Shown in pieces: positions 39,955 through 49,646 of a DNA stretch of 64,000 nucleotides. A program made the position numbers and the translations under genes. Source of the DNA: Candidatus Entotheonellaceae bacterium (GTDB taxonomy: Bacteria > Tectomicrobia > Entotheonellia > Entotheonellales > Entotheonellaceae); NCBI GenBank assembly GCA_965238075.1, contig OZ250173.1, forward strand, positions 1,984,001 through 2,048,000. The letters run 5' to 3'. The notes beneath the pieces were generated by a model, which saw only the letters and a list, made by a program, of their open reading frames with translations, made no database searches and had not been told where the DNA came from. Each line of letters opens with the position of its first letter. Positions within the stretch are counted from its first letter, which is position 1.

Positions 39955-41163
39955 TTGGCGTACGAAGCACAAATCGAAGCCGGCAAGGCGCACTTCGGCC
40001 GGGTCATGGCTGAGCAACTCGAGCGGGTGGAACGCCTCAAGCAGCAGCCCGACTGGCTTGACTTCAACGCGATCAGCCCCATTGTCATCGGCATTCTGGG
40101 CGGTGACGGCATTGGTCCGACCATCGCGGAAGAGTCGAAAAAGGTCCTGGAATACCTGTTGCGCGGTCAAGTGGCGAGCGGCAAGGTGGTTTTCCGCATT
40201 ATCGACGGCCTGACTATCGAAAACCGCGCCGCGCACATGCAGTCCATCCCCGACGACGTGCTGGCTGAGATCAAGGACTGCCACGTGACGCTGAAAGGCC
40301 CGACCCACACCCCGGAGCAGGGCGACGGCTGGCCGAACCTCGAAAGCGCCAACGTCGGCATGCGCAAGGTCCTCGACCTGTTCGCCAACGTGCGCCCCGT
40401 GCGGGTGCCCGCCCAAGGTATTGACTGGATATTTTTCCGCGAGAACACCGAGGACATGTACGCCGTCGGCAGCCAGGGGGTGAACGTCACGGACGATCTG
40501 GCGATCGACTTCCGCGTCATCACCTCACAGGGCTCCGAGCGCATCATCGACGCTGCTTTCGCGCACGCCAAGCGCACCGGTAAGGATTCGGTGACCATCG
40601 TCACCAAGGCCAACATCGTCAAGACGACCGACGGCAAGTTCCTCGACATCGCCCGCAAGGTGGCGGAGAACTACCCGGGCATTTCGTGGGAGGGGTGGTA
40701 CATCGACATCATGACCGCGGCGCTCATCAACCCGGCGCGCCAGAAGCAGTTCCAGGTGCTCGCCCTGCCCAACCTGTACGGCGACATCCTGACGGACGAG
40801 GCGGCCCAGATTCAGGGCGGTGTCGGCACCGCCGGCAGCGCCAACCTGGGCAAGGTGTACGCCATGTTCGAGGCCATCCACGGCAGCGCCCCGCGCATGG
40901 TGCAGGAAGGCCGCGCGCAGTACGCCGATCCCAGCTCGATGGTGCGGGCCGGCGCCATGCTGATGGAGCACATCGGCTTCCAGGAATCCGGCGCCCGGCT
41001 GCACAAGGCCCTGGACATTTGCGGCCAGTACGAACGCACCGTGGCCATGACGGGCCGCAGCACCGGCGTCACCAGCGGCGAATATGGCCAGTACCTGATG
41101 GAAACCGTGGAGGATTCCGGCATGGAAGCCAAGTGGGAATCCTTCGTCAACGCCGCGGGCTAG
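39955..41163 (+). CDS. Isocitrate/isopropylmalate dehydrogenase family protein
   Basis: GDGIGP, LKGP, LDLFANVRP, RENTED, NLYGDILTD, FEAIHGSAP; TTG start after GAGGAG. Confidence 0.88.
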   Translation: MAYEAQIEAGKAHFGRVMAEQLERVERLKQQPDWLDFNAISPIVIGILGGDGIGPTIAEESKKVLEYLLRGQVASGKVVFRIIDGLTIENRAAHMQSIPDDVLAEIKDCHVTLKGPTHTPEQGDGWPNLESANVGMRKVLDLFANVRPVRVPAQGIDWIFFRENTEDMYAVGSQGVNVTDDLAIDFRVITSQGSERIIDAAFAHAKRTGKDSVTIVTKANIVKTTDGKFLDIARKVAENYPGISWEGWYIDIMTAALINPARQKQFQVLALPNLYGDILTDEAAQIQGGVGTAGSANLGKVYAMFEAIHGSAPRMVQEGRAQYADPSSMVRAGAMLMEHIGFQESGARLHKALDICGQYERTVAMTGRSTGVTSGEYGQYLMETVEDSGMEAKWESFVNAAG

Positions 41164-41193
41164 CAAGCTTTGTCCCGCCCACCCCGCCGGCGC

Positions 41194-41952
41194 ATGCGCT
41201 TCCGGCCTTGCATTGATTTGCACAACGGCGTCGTCAAGCAGATCGTCGGCGCCTCCTTGCAAGACGGCGCGGACCCGCAGACCAACTTCGCAACCGATCA
41301 ACCCGCCGCCTATTTCGCCGACCGCTACCGCCAGGACGGCCTGCACGGCGGTCACGTCATCATGCTCGGGCCGGGCAACGAAACCGCCGCTGCCGCCGCC
41401 GTGACCGCCTTTCCCGGCGGCCTGCAGGTGGGCGGCGGCATCAACCCGCAAGATGCCGCAGCGTGGCTACAACGCGGTGCCGCCGGTGTCATCGTCACCT
41501 CCTACGTGTTTCAAAACGGCAAGCTGCGCCGCGACCGGCTGCAGGACATGGTCGACGCCGTCGGCGCCTCCCGCCTCATCCTCGATCTCAGTTGCCGCAA
41601 GATAGACGGTCGCTACGTCGCCATGGCCGACCGCTGGCAGATCGCCACCGACCTGGAAATCAACGCTTCCACGCTGGCCGAATTGGCCCCAAGCTGCTAC
41701 GAGTTTCTCATCCACGCCACCGCCGTGGAGGGCCGCCAGGCCGGTATCGACGCCGAGCTTGTGGCGCTGCTCGGGCGCATCGCGCCGGTGCCGGTCACGT
41801 ATGCCGGGGGCATTCGCAGCATGGCGGACGTCGAGCAGATTCGGGAGTCCGGTCAGGACAAGCTGGATTTCACGGTGGGCAGCGCCCTCGACCTGTTCGG
41901 CGGCACCGGGCTGCGCTACGCGGACCTGGTGGCTCTCAATCAGGGAAGGTGA
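41194..41952 (+). CDS. hisA: ProFAR isomerase, eukaryotic His6-type
   Basis: MRFRPCIDLHNGVVKQIVG, GGHVIMLG, LQVGGGI, LDLSCRK, EFLIHA, TVGSALDLFGG. Confidence 0.9.
   Translation: MRFRPCIDLHNGVVKQIVGASLQDGADPQTNFATDQPAAYFADRYRQDGLHGGHVIMLGPGNETAAAAAVTAFPGGLQVGGGINPQDAAAWLQRGAAGVIVTSYVFQNGKLRRDRLQDMVDAVGASRLILDLSCRKIDGRYVAMADRWQIATDLEINASTLAELAPSCYEFLIHATAVEGRQAGIDAELVALLGRIAPVPVTYAGGIRSMADVEQIRESGQDKLDFTVGSALDLFGGTGLRYADLVALNQGR
41734..41939 (+). repeat. Direct repeat copy 1 (hisA 3' end), left boundary of the island
   Basis: 206 bp; 11 mismatches to 45711-45916 by manual alignment. Confidence 0.95.
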
Positions 41953-42238
41953 GCGACAACAGGGAAGAGCGTACGGTTCTGGTTAAACCGTTCTGTCCTT
42001 TCGCATCAGTTGGTAAAACGTGAGGTTGCAACTCACTTCTGTGCCCCCCTTCTTTCCATCCATCGTTTCCTGCATCAACCCTGGGCATTCACCGTCACCA
42101 GATAAACTGACGTAACCGCCTTGCACTCGTGGTTGAACTCCGCGCAGATGGCATGGCGATCTCCACATGGGTTCAGCAGTCAATAGAATTGACAATGTCA
42201 CATATTTTTTCAGAAAATTTGACACCAGGAGGTTCCAG

Positions 42239-42808
42239 ATGAATGATGGCCCACACAGAAGCTTGCCGATGTCCCGCAAATGGAAGCGGTTTGCAGAACG
42301 CATCTATAACGAAGCGTTTGGTCCTGAACAGGCATACGAGGCGCTCTTGACGGCGCGGTCAGAGGATTGGTGTCAACAAATTCCCAGAAGCCTGGTTAAC
42401 AGAGTTCAGAACGTCCTGTCCGACGGTCAAACTGAGCTCTTCTGCAACCAGATTATTGAGAAACTTGATTCACTTCGGCAAGAAGTGGCTGGATACCGAC
42501 TCGCTGGTGTGTTGCTGGACTACGTTTGCCAGACCCTAGGGAGAGGAGTCCCAGGCGAGAATGCATTGTTGGAGGCGGCTCGTCTGCTCCTTACAGACCG
42601 CTTGGCGCGACGTGCACGTCAAGTCGAAGAACATTACTACAGCGAAGCTACCTGCAATCGCGCCACCGATGTCAGGCGGCGAATCGAAGATGCAATTGGC
42701 GGCCTGAATCTTGCGGCGACGGCTCGTGACCTTCTTGGCATCGTCGAAAATGAGCCTCCCCGAGTTTTCGCGAAACAGACAGGCCTTGACGATGGGGTGC
42801 TCCTCTGA
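42239..42808 (+). CDS. Hypothetical helical protein, first gene of the QueC-like operon
   Basis: AGGAGG RBS before ATG 42239 (MNDGPHRSLPM); TGATG overlap with the next gene. Confidence 0.8.
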   Translation: MNDGPHRSLPMSRKWKRFAERIYNEAFGPEQAYEALLTARSEDWCQQIPRSLVNRVQNVLSDGQTELFCNQIIEKLDSLRQEVAGYRLAGVLLDYVCQTLGRGVPGENALLEAARLLLTDRLARRARQVEEHYYSEATCNRATDVRRRIEDAIGGLNLAATARDLLGIVENEPPRVFAKQTGLDDGVLL

Positions 42809-43931
42809 TGGGGAATGCAGAAGCATCGAACTTAGCGTTGTCACAGTATTGCGTCGATGTCGTGGAATTTGGAACCCCCGCCCCTCGTCATTGGATTCGA
42901 TGCGAAATCGGCAAGGACCTCCTATTTGATACGGATAGGCTCCAAACCTATTGCCTCACGAAATGGGATGAACGGCTGTACGATCTGCTGGTCGTTGCCG
43001 CGTCCGTGCAGTTTTGCGACCGAACGAAGGCACGGCCTTCGACCGGGTGGGGCCGAAATTTTGTAGTACGGATTAAGGACCTATTGGGGATTCCTCGCTC
43101 CCCTTCGCTTCCGTCCCTTTTCAGGTTCGGTTTGAGAGTAAACGTTCTGTTGAAACCAGCGCACGGTCCCGAGGCTTCAAGTTTGCAGTGCTAAGTGGTA
43201 TCGCAGCTTATCTGTCAGGAGCCAAAATGGTCATTATGCCCGAGAGTGGGCAGGGCGCCTTGGGACCGAGTCTCGTGCCGGTTGGCCAAGCGTACGAGGA
43301 CTATCGGAATCACCCCTTATTCACTGATCGTATGACGGTCTTTCTCTCAGCCCTTCTCGGTCATGAGGTTTGCTTTACGTATCCTCGCCTTTGGCACACC
43401 AAAGCGGAGACGCTCGCTGAATTCGTGACCAAGTGCCCAGACGGCCCAAATTGGGCTCAAACTCGCTCTTGCTGGCAGAATCAAAGGCACGTTTCCGTAT
43501 CCGGCACGATGCGACAGTGCGGCATCTGCGCGGCGTGTATGCTCCGGCGTATGAGCGCCCACGCAGCAGGTCTCACGGAGTGCAGACAATCCTATGTCTG
43601 GGAGGATTTGACTGTGGCTCGATACGAAGACGGTGCCGCCGCTTCGTATGGAAACAGGGAGCCGAGGGGCGCAATGCATGAATACGCAATTGCCGGAACG
43701 CTTCATCTCGATCACTTGGCGAGCGTTCTGCAATCCTCGGCAAACCAAGCCGGTCTTTCTCGACAAGTTTTTCTGTTGAGCCGTTCCCGGGGACTCACTG
43801 AAGAGAAAGTTCGAGCAAAACTGCACCGGCTAATCAGGCAACACGCAAAGGAGTGGAGAGGTTTTGTCGACTCCCTGGGGCCTAAGTCGTTTGTAACCCA
43901 GTGGATTGGGAGGGGAGAGGGGCATGTCTGA
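42808..43931 (+). pseudogene. QueC (7-cyano-7-deazaguanine synthase)-like protein of the QatC/Cap9 type, broken near 43075
   Basis: N-part YDLLVVAASVQFCDR...GWGRNF (frame of 42808). C-part ETSARSRGFKF...HPLF...TKAE...TRSCW...QCGICAACMLRRMS (frame of 43188, open from 43077). No PP-loop SGGxDS-like motif in either piece. Confidence 0.8.
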
Positions 43932-45096
43932 GGAGGGGTTGAATCCCATTGAGATTGGTAGGCGTCTGCGGATTGCGCGTGAAACGGCCGACATGACGCA
44001 GGCACATGCAGCCGCCAGTATCAACGTGGCGCGCACGACGCTGGTGGCCATGGAGAAAGGACAGCGCGCCGTTCGCACCGCTGAACTTCTGCCGTTGGCC
44101 AAGTTGTACGAGACGTCGGTCAACGCGTTGCTGCGCCGTGAGTCCGTTTATGTTGACCTTGTGCCTCGTTTTCGGAAACTGCCCGCGTGCAAGGAAGAGT
44201 CATCCGACGAAGCAGCCAGAGTGCTGGAAGCCCTTGTGCAGGCCGAAGTGGAACTGGAAAACCTGCTCGGTGTCATTCGTCCCCGGAACTACCCTCCACA
44301 ACGACCTCTCATGCCGGGCGATGTGCGGACTCAGGCCGAAAATGACGCGACCGAACTCCGCCACAAGCTCGGCCTGGGCTTGGCGCCGGTGCATGACGTG
44401 ACGAGTCTCTTGGAACTCGACCTTGGCATTCGCGTTTATATCCGGCGGCTTGACGCCCGTGTATCGGGATTGTTCGCCTATGATGAGCAGGTTGGCGCGT
44501 GCATATTGCTGAATGCCAATCACCCACGCGAACGCCGAGCACAAAGCGCGGCGCATGAACTGGGGCATTTTGTTTCAAGCCGCCAAGCACCCGAAGTGCT
44601 GTATGGCGACGGCCGAGAAAACTCGCGCGAGGAACGGTACGCCATTGCGTTCGCACGAGCCTTTCTGACGCCGGCACGGACGGTTATGCAGAGATTCCGG
44701 GACGTAACGCAAGGGGCGTCCCACCTGACGCGGCGTCACGTCATTCTACTTGCGCACGCCTTTGGCGTATCGCGTGAAGCCATGGTCCGGCGGTTCGAAG
44801 AACTCAGTCTGACCAAATCGGGGACCTGGGATTGGTTTGAGGGGAATGGCGGCATCACGAACGAACAGGCGAAGCAGGTGCTCGGGGATACGGCGGTTGT
44901 GGACCCGATTGATGCGAAGAGTCCAACGACGCTTCGTCTAAGCCTGTTGGCTGCTGAGGCATGGCGACAAGAACTGCTCGGCGAGGGGCAGCTTGCCCGC
45001 CTGTTGCGTCTGGATCGAGTTCAGTTGCGCGAAATTCTGGATGGGGTGGAGGTAGAAGGAGGCGACACGGATGGAGCGCCAAAGCTGCCTCACTGA
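43924..45096 (+). CDS. XRE-HTH fused to an ImmA/IrrE-family metallopeptidase
   Basis: IGRRLRIARE..MTQ..AA..ART..MEKGQR HTH; LLNANHPRERRAQSAAHELGH (HExxH); FGVSREAMVRR. Confidence 0.92.
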   Translation: MSEEGLNPIEIGRRLRIARETADMTQAHAAASINVARTTLVAMEKGQRAVRTAELLPLAKLYETSVNALLRRESVYVDLVPRFRKLPACKEESSDEAARVLEALVQAEVELENLLGVIRPRNYPPQRPLMPGDVRTQAENDATELRHKLGLGLAPVHDVTSLLELDLGIRVYIRRLDARVSGLFAYDEQVGACILLNANHPRERRAQSAAHELGHFVSSRQAPEVLYGDGRENSREERYAIAFARAFLTPARTVMQRFRDVTQGASHLTRRHVILLAHAFGVSREAMVRRFEELSLTKSGTWDWFEGNGGITNEQAKQVLGDTAVVDPIDAKSPTTLRLSLLAAEAWRQELLGEGQLARLLRLDRVQLREILDGVEVEGGDTDGAPKLPH

Positions 45097-45682
45097 TCGG
45101 ACGGTCCCCGTTGTCGCCGATACAAGCGTGTTGATCAATCTGAATGCCACGAAGTATGCCGAAACCATTCTGGATGCCTTGCCCAATCCATTCCTTGTTG
45201 TATCAGAGGTCATTCTGGAGCTCAAAAGCGGCGTGCAAGCCGGCCGGGACGACGCTGCCGCGGTCGACGCATGGCATGCGTCGGGACAAGTACAATTCGT
45301 GCAGCTTGGCGTCACTGGGATGAAGCATTTTGCCAGCCTCGTCTCCGGCTCCGTTGCTCAAACACTTGACGACGGGGAAGCCGCAACGATTGCCTATGCG
45401 CTTGAGCTGAAACCCCACGCCGTCCCCCTCTTGGACGAGCGCAAAGCGAACCGGATATGTGCGGCGCGTTTCGTCGGTCTCGTAACGGGAAGCACCGTTG
45501 ATCTTTTGGCTCACGACGATGTCTGGGCAGCCCTTGGGTGTGTCCCTCTTGCCGACGCGATTTTCAACGCGCTCCACGACGGCCGCATGCGAGTTCTGCC
45601 ACATCATTTGAAATGGGTCGTTGACCTGATAGGTCCGGAGCGCGCGAGGCAGTGCAGGTCTCTGCCGAGATCAGTCCGTTAG
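45071..45682 (+). CDS. PIN-domain protein (DUF3368-like)
   Basis: VVADTSVLINL, V..E, LDDGEAATIAYA and LLDERKA acidic PIN residues; overlaps the IrrE gene. Confidence 0.8.
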   Translation: MERQSCLTDRTVPVVADTSVLINLNATKYAETILDALPNPFLVVSEVILELKSGVQAGRDDAAAVDAWHASGQVQFVQLGVTGMKHFASLVSGSVAQTLDDGEAATIAYALELKPHAVPLLDERKANRICAARFVGLVTGSTVDLLAHDDVWAALGCVPLADAIFNALHDGRMRVLPHHLKWVVDLIGPERARQCRSLPRSVR

Positions 45683-45710
45683 CGAAAGTGACCGCGACCA
45701 GGGGAGGGGA

Positions 45711-45929
45711 CGCCAGGCGGGCATCGACGCCGAGCTCGTGGCGCTGCCCGGGCGCATTGCGCCGCTGCCGGTCACGTACGCCGGGGGCATTCGCAGCATG
45801 GCGGACGTCGAGCAGATTCGGGAGTCCGGTCAGGACAAGCTGGATTTCACGGTGGGAAGCGCCCTCGACCTCTTCGGCGGCACCGGGCTGCGCTACGTGG
45901 ACTTGGTGGCTCTCAACCGGCGAAGCTGA
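45711..45929 (+). pseudogene. Duplicated hisA 3' fragment (direct repeat copy 2), right boundary of the island
   Basis: RQAGIDAELVALPGRIAPLPVTYAGGIRSMADVEQIRESGQDKLDFTVGSALDLFGG; no 5' part. Confidence 0.92.
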
Positions 45930-46057
45930 GCATCGGTTTGTCCTGGTTTCAGACACTTGCACGCCCTGCAGAAACGCGCTTCAATGCGCGCCGATTTGTG
46001 CGAGGCGGATCATGGAGCGGCAAGACCCGGGCACCGGAACGGGTCAGGGAGAATTCC

Positions 46058-47602
46058 ATGACGAGACGAAGATTGCCCATTGGCCTGCAGACCTTTCGCA
46101 CGCTGCGCGAGGAGGACTACTACTACGTTGACAAGACCGCCTATATGGGGCGATTGGTGGACGAGGGCACGCACTACTTTCTGTCGCGCCCGCGGCGCTT
46201 CGGCAAAAGCCTGTTGCTGGACACGCTGAAGGAACTGTTCGAAGGCAGCGAGACGCTGTTCGCAGGGTTGGATATCCACCGTCGCTGGGATTGGTCGGTG
46301 CGTCACCCGGTGGTACGCCTCGACTTCAGCGGCGGCGATTACCAGGACCCGGACGGGTTGCGCCGGAACGTGATGGCGCAACTGGACGGCGTCGAGCGTT
46401 GGGCGCAGGTGACGGCGGAGGGTTCGGGTCCCGAGCGGTTTGGTTTCCTGTTGGAAGCGCTGCACCGCAAGACGAGTCGGCGGGTGGTGGTGCTGATCGA
46501 CGAGTACGACAAGCCGATCCTGGATGCACTGGGGTCGCCGGAACTGGCGCGGGCCAACCGCGACTATCTGCGCAGCCTGTACGCGAACATCAAGTTTGCG
46601 GACGCGCACGTCCGCTTCACCTTCCTCACGGGCGTCAGCAAGTTCTCCAAGGTCAACCTGTTCTCCGGCCTCAACAACCTCAAGGACATCACCCTGGACC
46701 GGCGCTACTCGGCGGTCTGCGGCTACACGGAAGCGGATTTGGACACCGTGTTCGCGCCCGAACTCCCCGGCCTGGACCGGGAGCGGATCCGCGACTGGTA
46801 CAACGGCTACTGCTGGCGCGGCGCGGAGAAGGTGTACAACCCCTACGACGTCTTGTTGTTGTTCGACAGCCGCGAGTTCGCCGCCCACTGGTTCGAGACC
46901 GCGACGCCAACGTTCCTGGTGGAGACCCTGTTCCAGCGCCGGGTCACCACGGTGTCGCTCGGCGAGACGGTGAGCACCGCAGAGTTGCTGTCGGCCTTCG
47001 ACGTGGACCACATCGGCACCGAGGCGCTGCTGTTCCAGACCGGCTACCTGACTATCGTGTCGGAAGAAAATGTGGGCGGCAGGGCGCTGTATCGGCTCGG
47101 CTATCCGAACCGTGAGGTGCGTCAGAGCCTGAATGAACATCTGCTGCACCATCTGGTGCAGGATACGGCGCGGCAGACCGCCAACAGCGTCCGCTTGTAC
47201 CGCCTGCTGGAGGCGAACGACTTCGCGGCGATGCAGGCGTTGTTTCAGGCGTTTTTTGCGAGCATTCCGTACGAGTGGTATACGAACAACGACATCGCGC
47301 ATTACGAGGGCTACTACGCGAGCGTGTTCTATTCGTACTTTGCGGCGCTGGGGTTCGAGATCGTGGTGGAAGACAGCAGCAACCACGGTCGTCTGGACAT
47401 GGCGGTGCGAACGGGCGGTCACGTCTATCTGTTCGAGTTCAAGGTGGTGGAGTTGGCGCCTGAGGGAGCGGCGCTGGCGCAGCTCAAGGAGCGGGGCTAC
47501 GCGGAGAAGTATCGCGGTCGGGGAGAACCGGTCCATCTGATCGGGGTGGAGTTCAGCCGTGAGACTCGCACCGTGACGGCGTTCGAGGTGGCGGATGGCT
47601 GA
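46058..47602 (+). CDS. AAA-ATPase-like protein with C-terminal PD-(D/E)xK nuclease domain
   Basis: LPIGLQTF..YYVDKT, SRPRRFGKS (Walker A), VLIDEYDKP, WYNGY, GRLDM..LFEFK. Confidence 0.9.
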   Translation: MTRRRLPIGLQTFRTLREEDYYYVDKTAYMGRLVDEGTHYFLSRPRRFGKSLLLDTLKELFEGSETLFAGLDIHRRWDWSVRHPVVRLDFSGGDYQDPDGLRRNVMAQLDGVERWAQVTAEGSGPERFGFLLEALHRKTSRRVVVLIDEYDKPILDALGSPELARANRDYLRSLYANIKFADAHVRFTFLTGVSKFSKVNLFSGLNNLKDITLDRRYSAVCGYTEADLDTVFAPELPGLDRERIRDWYNGYCWRGAEKVYNPYDVLLLFDSREFAAHWFETATPTFLVETLFQRRVTTVSLGETVSTAELLSAFDVDHIGTEALLFQTGYLTIVSEENVGGRALYRLGYPNREVRQSLNEHLLHHLVQDTARQTANSVRLYRLLEANDFAAMQALFQAFFASIPYEWYTNNDIAHYEGYYASVFYSYFAALGFEIVVEDSSNHGRLDMAVRTGGHVYLFEFKVVELAPEGAALAQLKERGYAEKYRGRGEPVHLIGVEFSRETRTVTAFEVADG

Positions 47603-47814
47603 CGGCGCTGCGCGTCATGCGGTGCTTGGGTGGCTTCGATACCCGCGAGACCGGAGATTCGTCGGGCAAGACGATAACGGGCCTGGAGTTGACCGACACC
47701 GAGACGCCGGGGACAGCGTGAGCCACCCGTTCATGCTGTTGGCGCCGGGTGGGAAGTGACGGAGCGCTGTGCAAAAGTCGATTGGAGATGTGGACTACGC
47801 CAGAAATCTCTACC

Positions 47815-48402
47815 TTACGGCCATGCGCGCATCGCCTTTTTCACCATAGCGACCAAGACATCGCGCTGCACGCCATTGCGCGCCAGAACCGAGAGCAAGA
47901 TGACCTGCCCTTGTAGGAACCGAGCTAACAAATCGGTATCCTCATCTGGCCCCAATTGGCCTTCGACCCTGGCGCGTTGTAACCGTCCCTGGACGGCCCC
48001 CAGGATACGCAAATATAGTTGCCTGACTCGTTCTCCGACCTTGGAGCTGAGTACAGCGCTTTCCTGCACGGTATTCATTAACATGCAGCTGTGCGCGTCG
48101 TCCGGTTTCGTGACGCTATCTGCCATCCTGAGCAAGTGAGCCTCAACGGCGCGACGTGCGTCCGGTTCATCTTCTAACATTTCCGCACAGTCTGTGTAGG
48201 CGAGTGCCATGTAACGATCCAGCGCCAGCAAAAAAAGCGATTCCTTGTCGCCGAACGCAGCATAGAGCCCCGTTCGACCAACCCCGGTTGCTGCGGTCAA
48301 ATCGGTAATCGAAGTCGCCTGGAAACCGCGCTCCCAAAACACTCGGAGTGCCTTGGCTAGCGCCTCTTCCGTATCGAATTCGCGCGGTCGGCCTCTCACC
48401 AT
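47815..48402 (-). CDS. TetR/AcrR-family regulator
   Basis: RGRPREFD..AL.VFWERGF.ATS..DL...LYAAFGDKESLF. Confidence 0.93.
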   Translation of the reverse strand: MVRGRPREFDTEEALAKALRVFWERGFQATSITDLTAATGVGRTGLYAAFGDKESLFLLALDRYMALAYTDCAEMLEDEPDARRAVEAHLLRMADSVTKPDDAHSCMLMNTVQESAVLSSKVGERVRQLYLRILGAVQGRLQRARVEGQLGPDEDTDLLARFLQGQVILLSVLARNGVQRDVLVAMVKKAMRAWP

Positions 48403-48473
48403 CACCACCAACCCAATCTGGATACGTTGAGAAATTAGGACGATTAATCCTTGACTTTAGATCGCCAGGCACT

Positions 48474-48499
48474 AATTATGTACTGATCGGTACGTAATT
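48474..48499. promoter_or_regulatory. Palindromic operator, probably for the adjacent TetR
   Basis: AATTATGTAC-TGATCG-GTACGTAATT in the divergent intergenic region, just downstream of TTGACT (48451). Confidence 0.7.
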
Positions 48500-48632
48500 G
48501 CTGAGGTAACGGCCGCGGCATGGCTGAAAGCAAGAAAATTGATCGTCGCGCCGCGAACTGCCAGTGACCGCTTAGAGAGCAAAACGATGCGGACCGCAGG
48601 CCGCTCCATAAGCCCATACAGGAGGTACAAAC

Positions 48633-49646
48633 ATGAAGCACCGCTTCCTGCCGTTGCCGAACCAAGATTTAGCGGCAGCGGCGAAGGTTTTTTCCCGCAC
48701 ATTATTGGGCCAAATAATCGCGAAAGTCATTAGTCGCAGAGTCGGGCATGCCCGGGTTATGTCACGGATGACAAGTATCCTGGCCATTGTCAGCACGATT
48801 TTTTGTATCACGCAGAGTGCATCCGCCGAAGGACTGGAAACTCGGATTTTCAATGCGACGGCGGAGGAATGGAATACCACCTCAGTGCTCATCATGGGCG
48901 ACACAGAAATGATCGTCGTCTGCGGGCAGAGCATGAAATCGTCCGCTGAACGGTTGGCAAGAGAGATCCGGGCCACTGGTCTCAAGTTGAAGGCGGTGTT
49001 CTTAACCCATGCACATCTCGACCATTCACAAGGTGCTTCGGTTATTTTGAAGCATTTCCCGGAAGCAAAGTTCATCGCAACGCCCGACGTGGCCGCGCGG
49101 CAACGCGCGCGCATACCCACAGACGACGCGTTTTCACGCCTGATTCTCGGTCCCAGGGCCGCCGTGCCGTCTGTCCCTGCGGAGGATTATGAAGGGTCTA
49201 CACTTGAGATTGACGGTGAGATCGTTGAACTCTGGACCGGATTGTATGGAGACGCCGCCACCGCTCCCCCTGACGAACCCCATACGGCCCTTTATATTCC
49301 GTCCCTCCATACGCTGATCCCAAGCGATATCGTCTACAACAACGCGCACGTCAGCATGGGCGGCACGACACCGGAAAGCCGCGCGAAATGGGTGGCGCAA
49401 TTCGAAGATTGGCTGGAACGGGACTTCAATCTCGTCGTCCCGGGACACCAGCCTGCCGGATCGGAGCTGACTGCAAGGGGGGCGTTGACACATACGCGCG
49501 CCTACGTGATCGCTTACGGTGAGGAAGTTGAGCGCGCTGCCACCGCCGATGAACTTGTCGCTGCGATGATCCGCAGGTTTCCTCACATCAAGCATGAGAT
49601 AGCTCTCCGTCTTTCCGCACGCATCGATTTCAGAGGAGGTCAATGA
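48633..49646 (+). CDS. Metallo-beta-lactamase-fold hydrolase, probably exported
   Basis: THAHLDH (HxHxDH), SDIVYN..H, VVPGH; signal-like ILAIVSTIFCITQSASA. Confidence 0.85.
   Translation: MKHRFLPLPNQDLAAAAKVFSRTLLGQIIAKVISRRVGHARVMSRMTSILAIVSTIFCITQSASAEGLETRIFNATAEEWNTTSVLIMGDTEMIVVCGQSMKSSAERLAREIRATGLKLKAVFLTHAHLDHSQGASVILKHFPEAKFIATPDVAARQRARIPTDDAFSRLILGPRAAVPSVPAEDYEGSTLEIDGEIVELWTGLYGDAATAPPDEPHTALYIPSLHTLIPSDIVYNNAHVSMGGTTPESRAKWVAQFEDWLERDFNLVVPGHQPAGSELTARGALTHTRAYVIAYGEEVERAATADELVAAMIRRFPHIKHEIALRLSARIDFRGGQ

Noticed and set aside
42239-45682. Calling the island QatABCD, type IV CBASS, Dpd or queuosine biosynthesis
   Set aside because: No NTPase, TatD, CD-NTase, TGT/DpdA, queD or queE in the island; only the QueC-like component is shared.
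45738-45929. 63-aa ORF as an independent gene
   Set aside because: It is the duplicated hisA 3' fragment.
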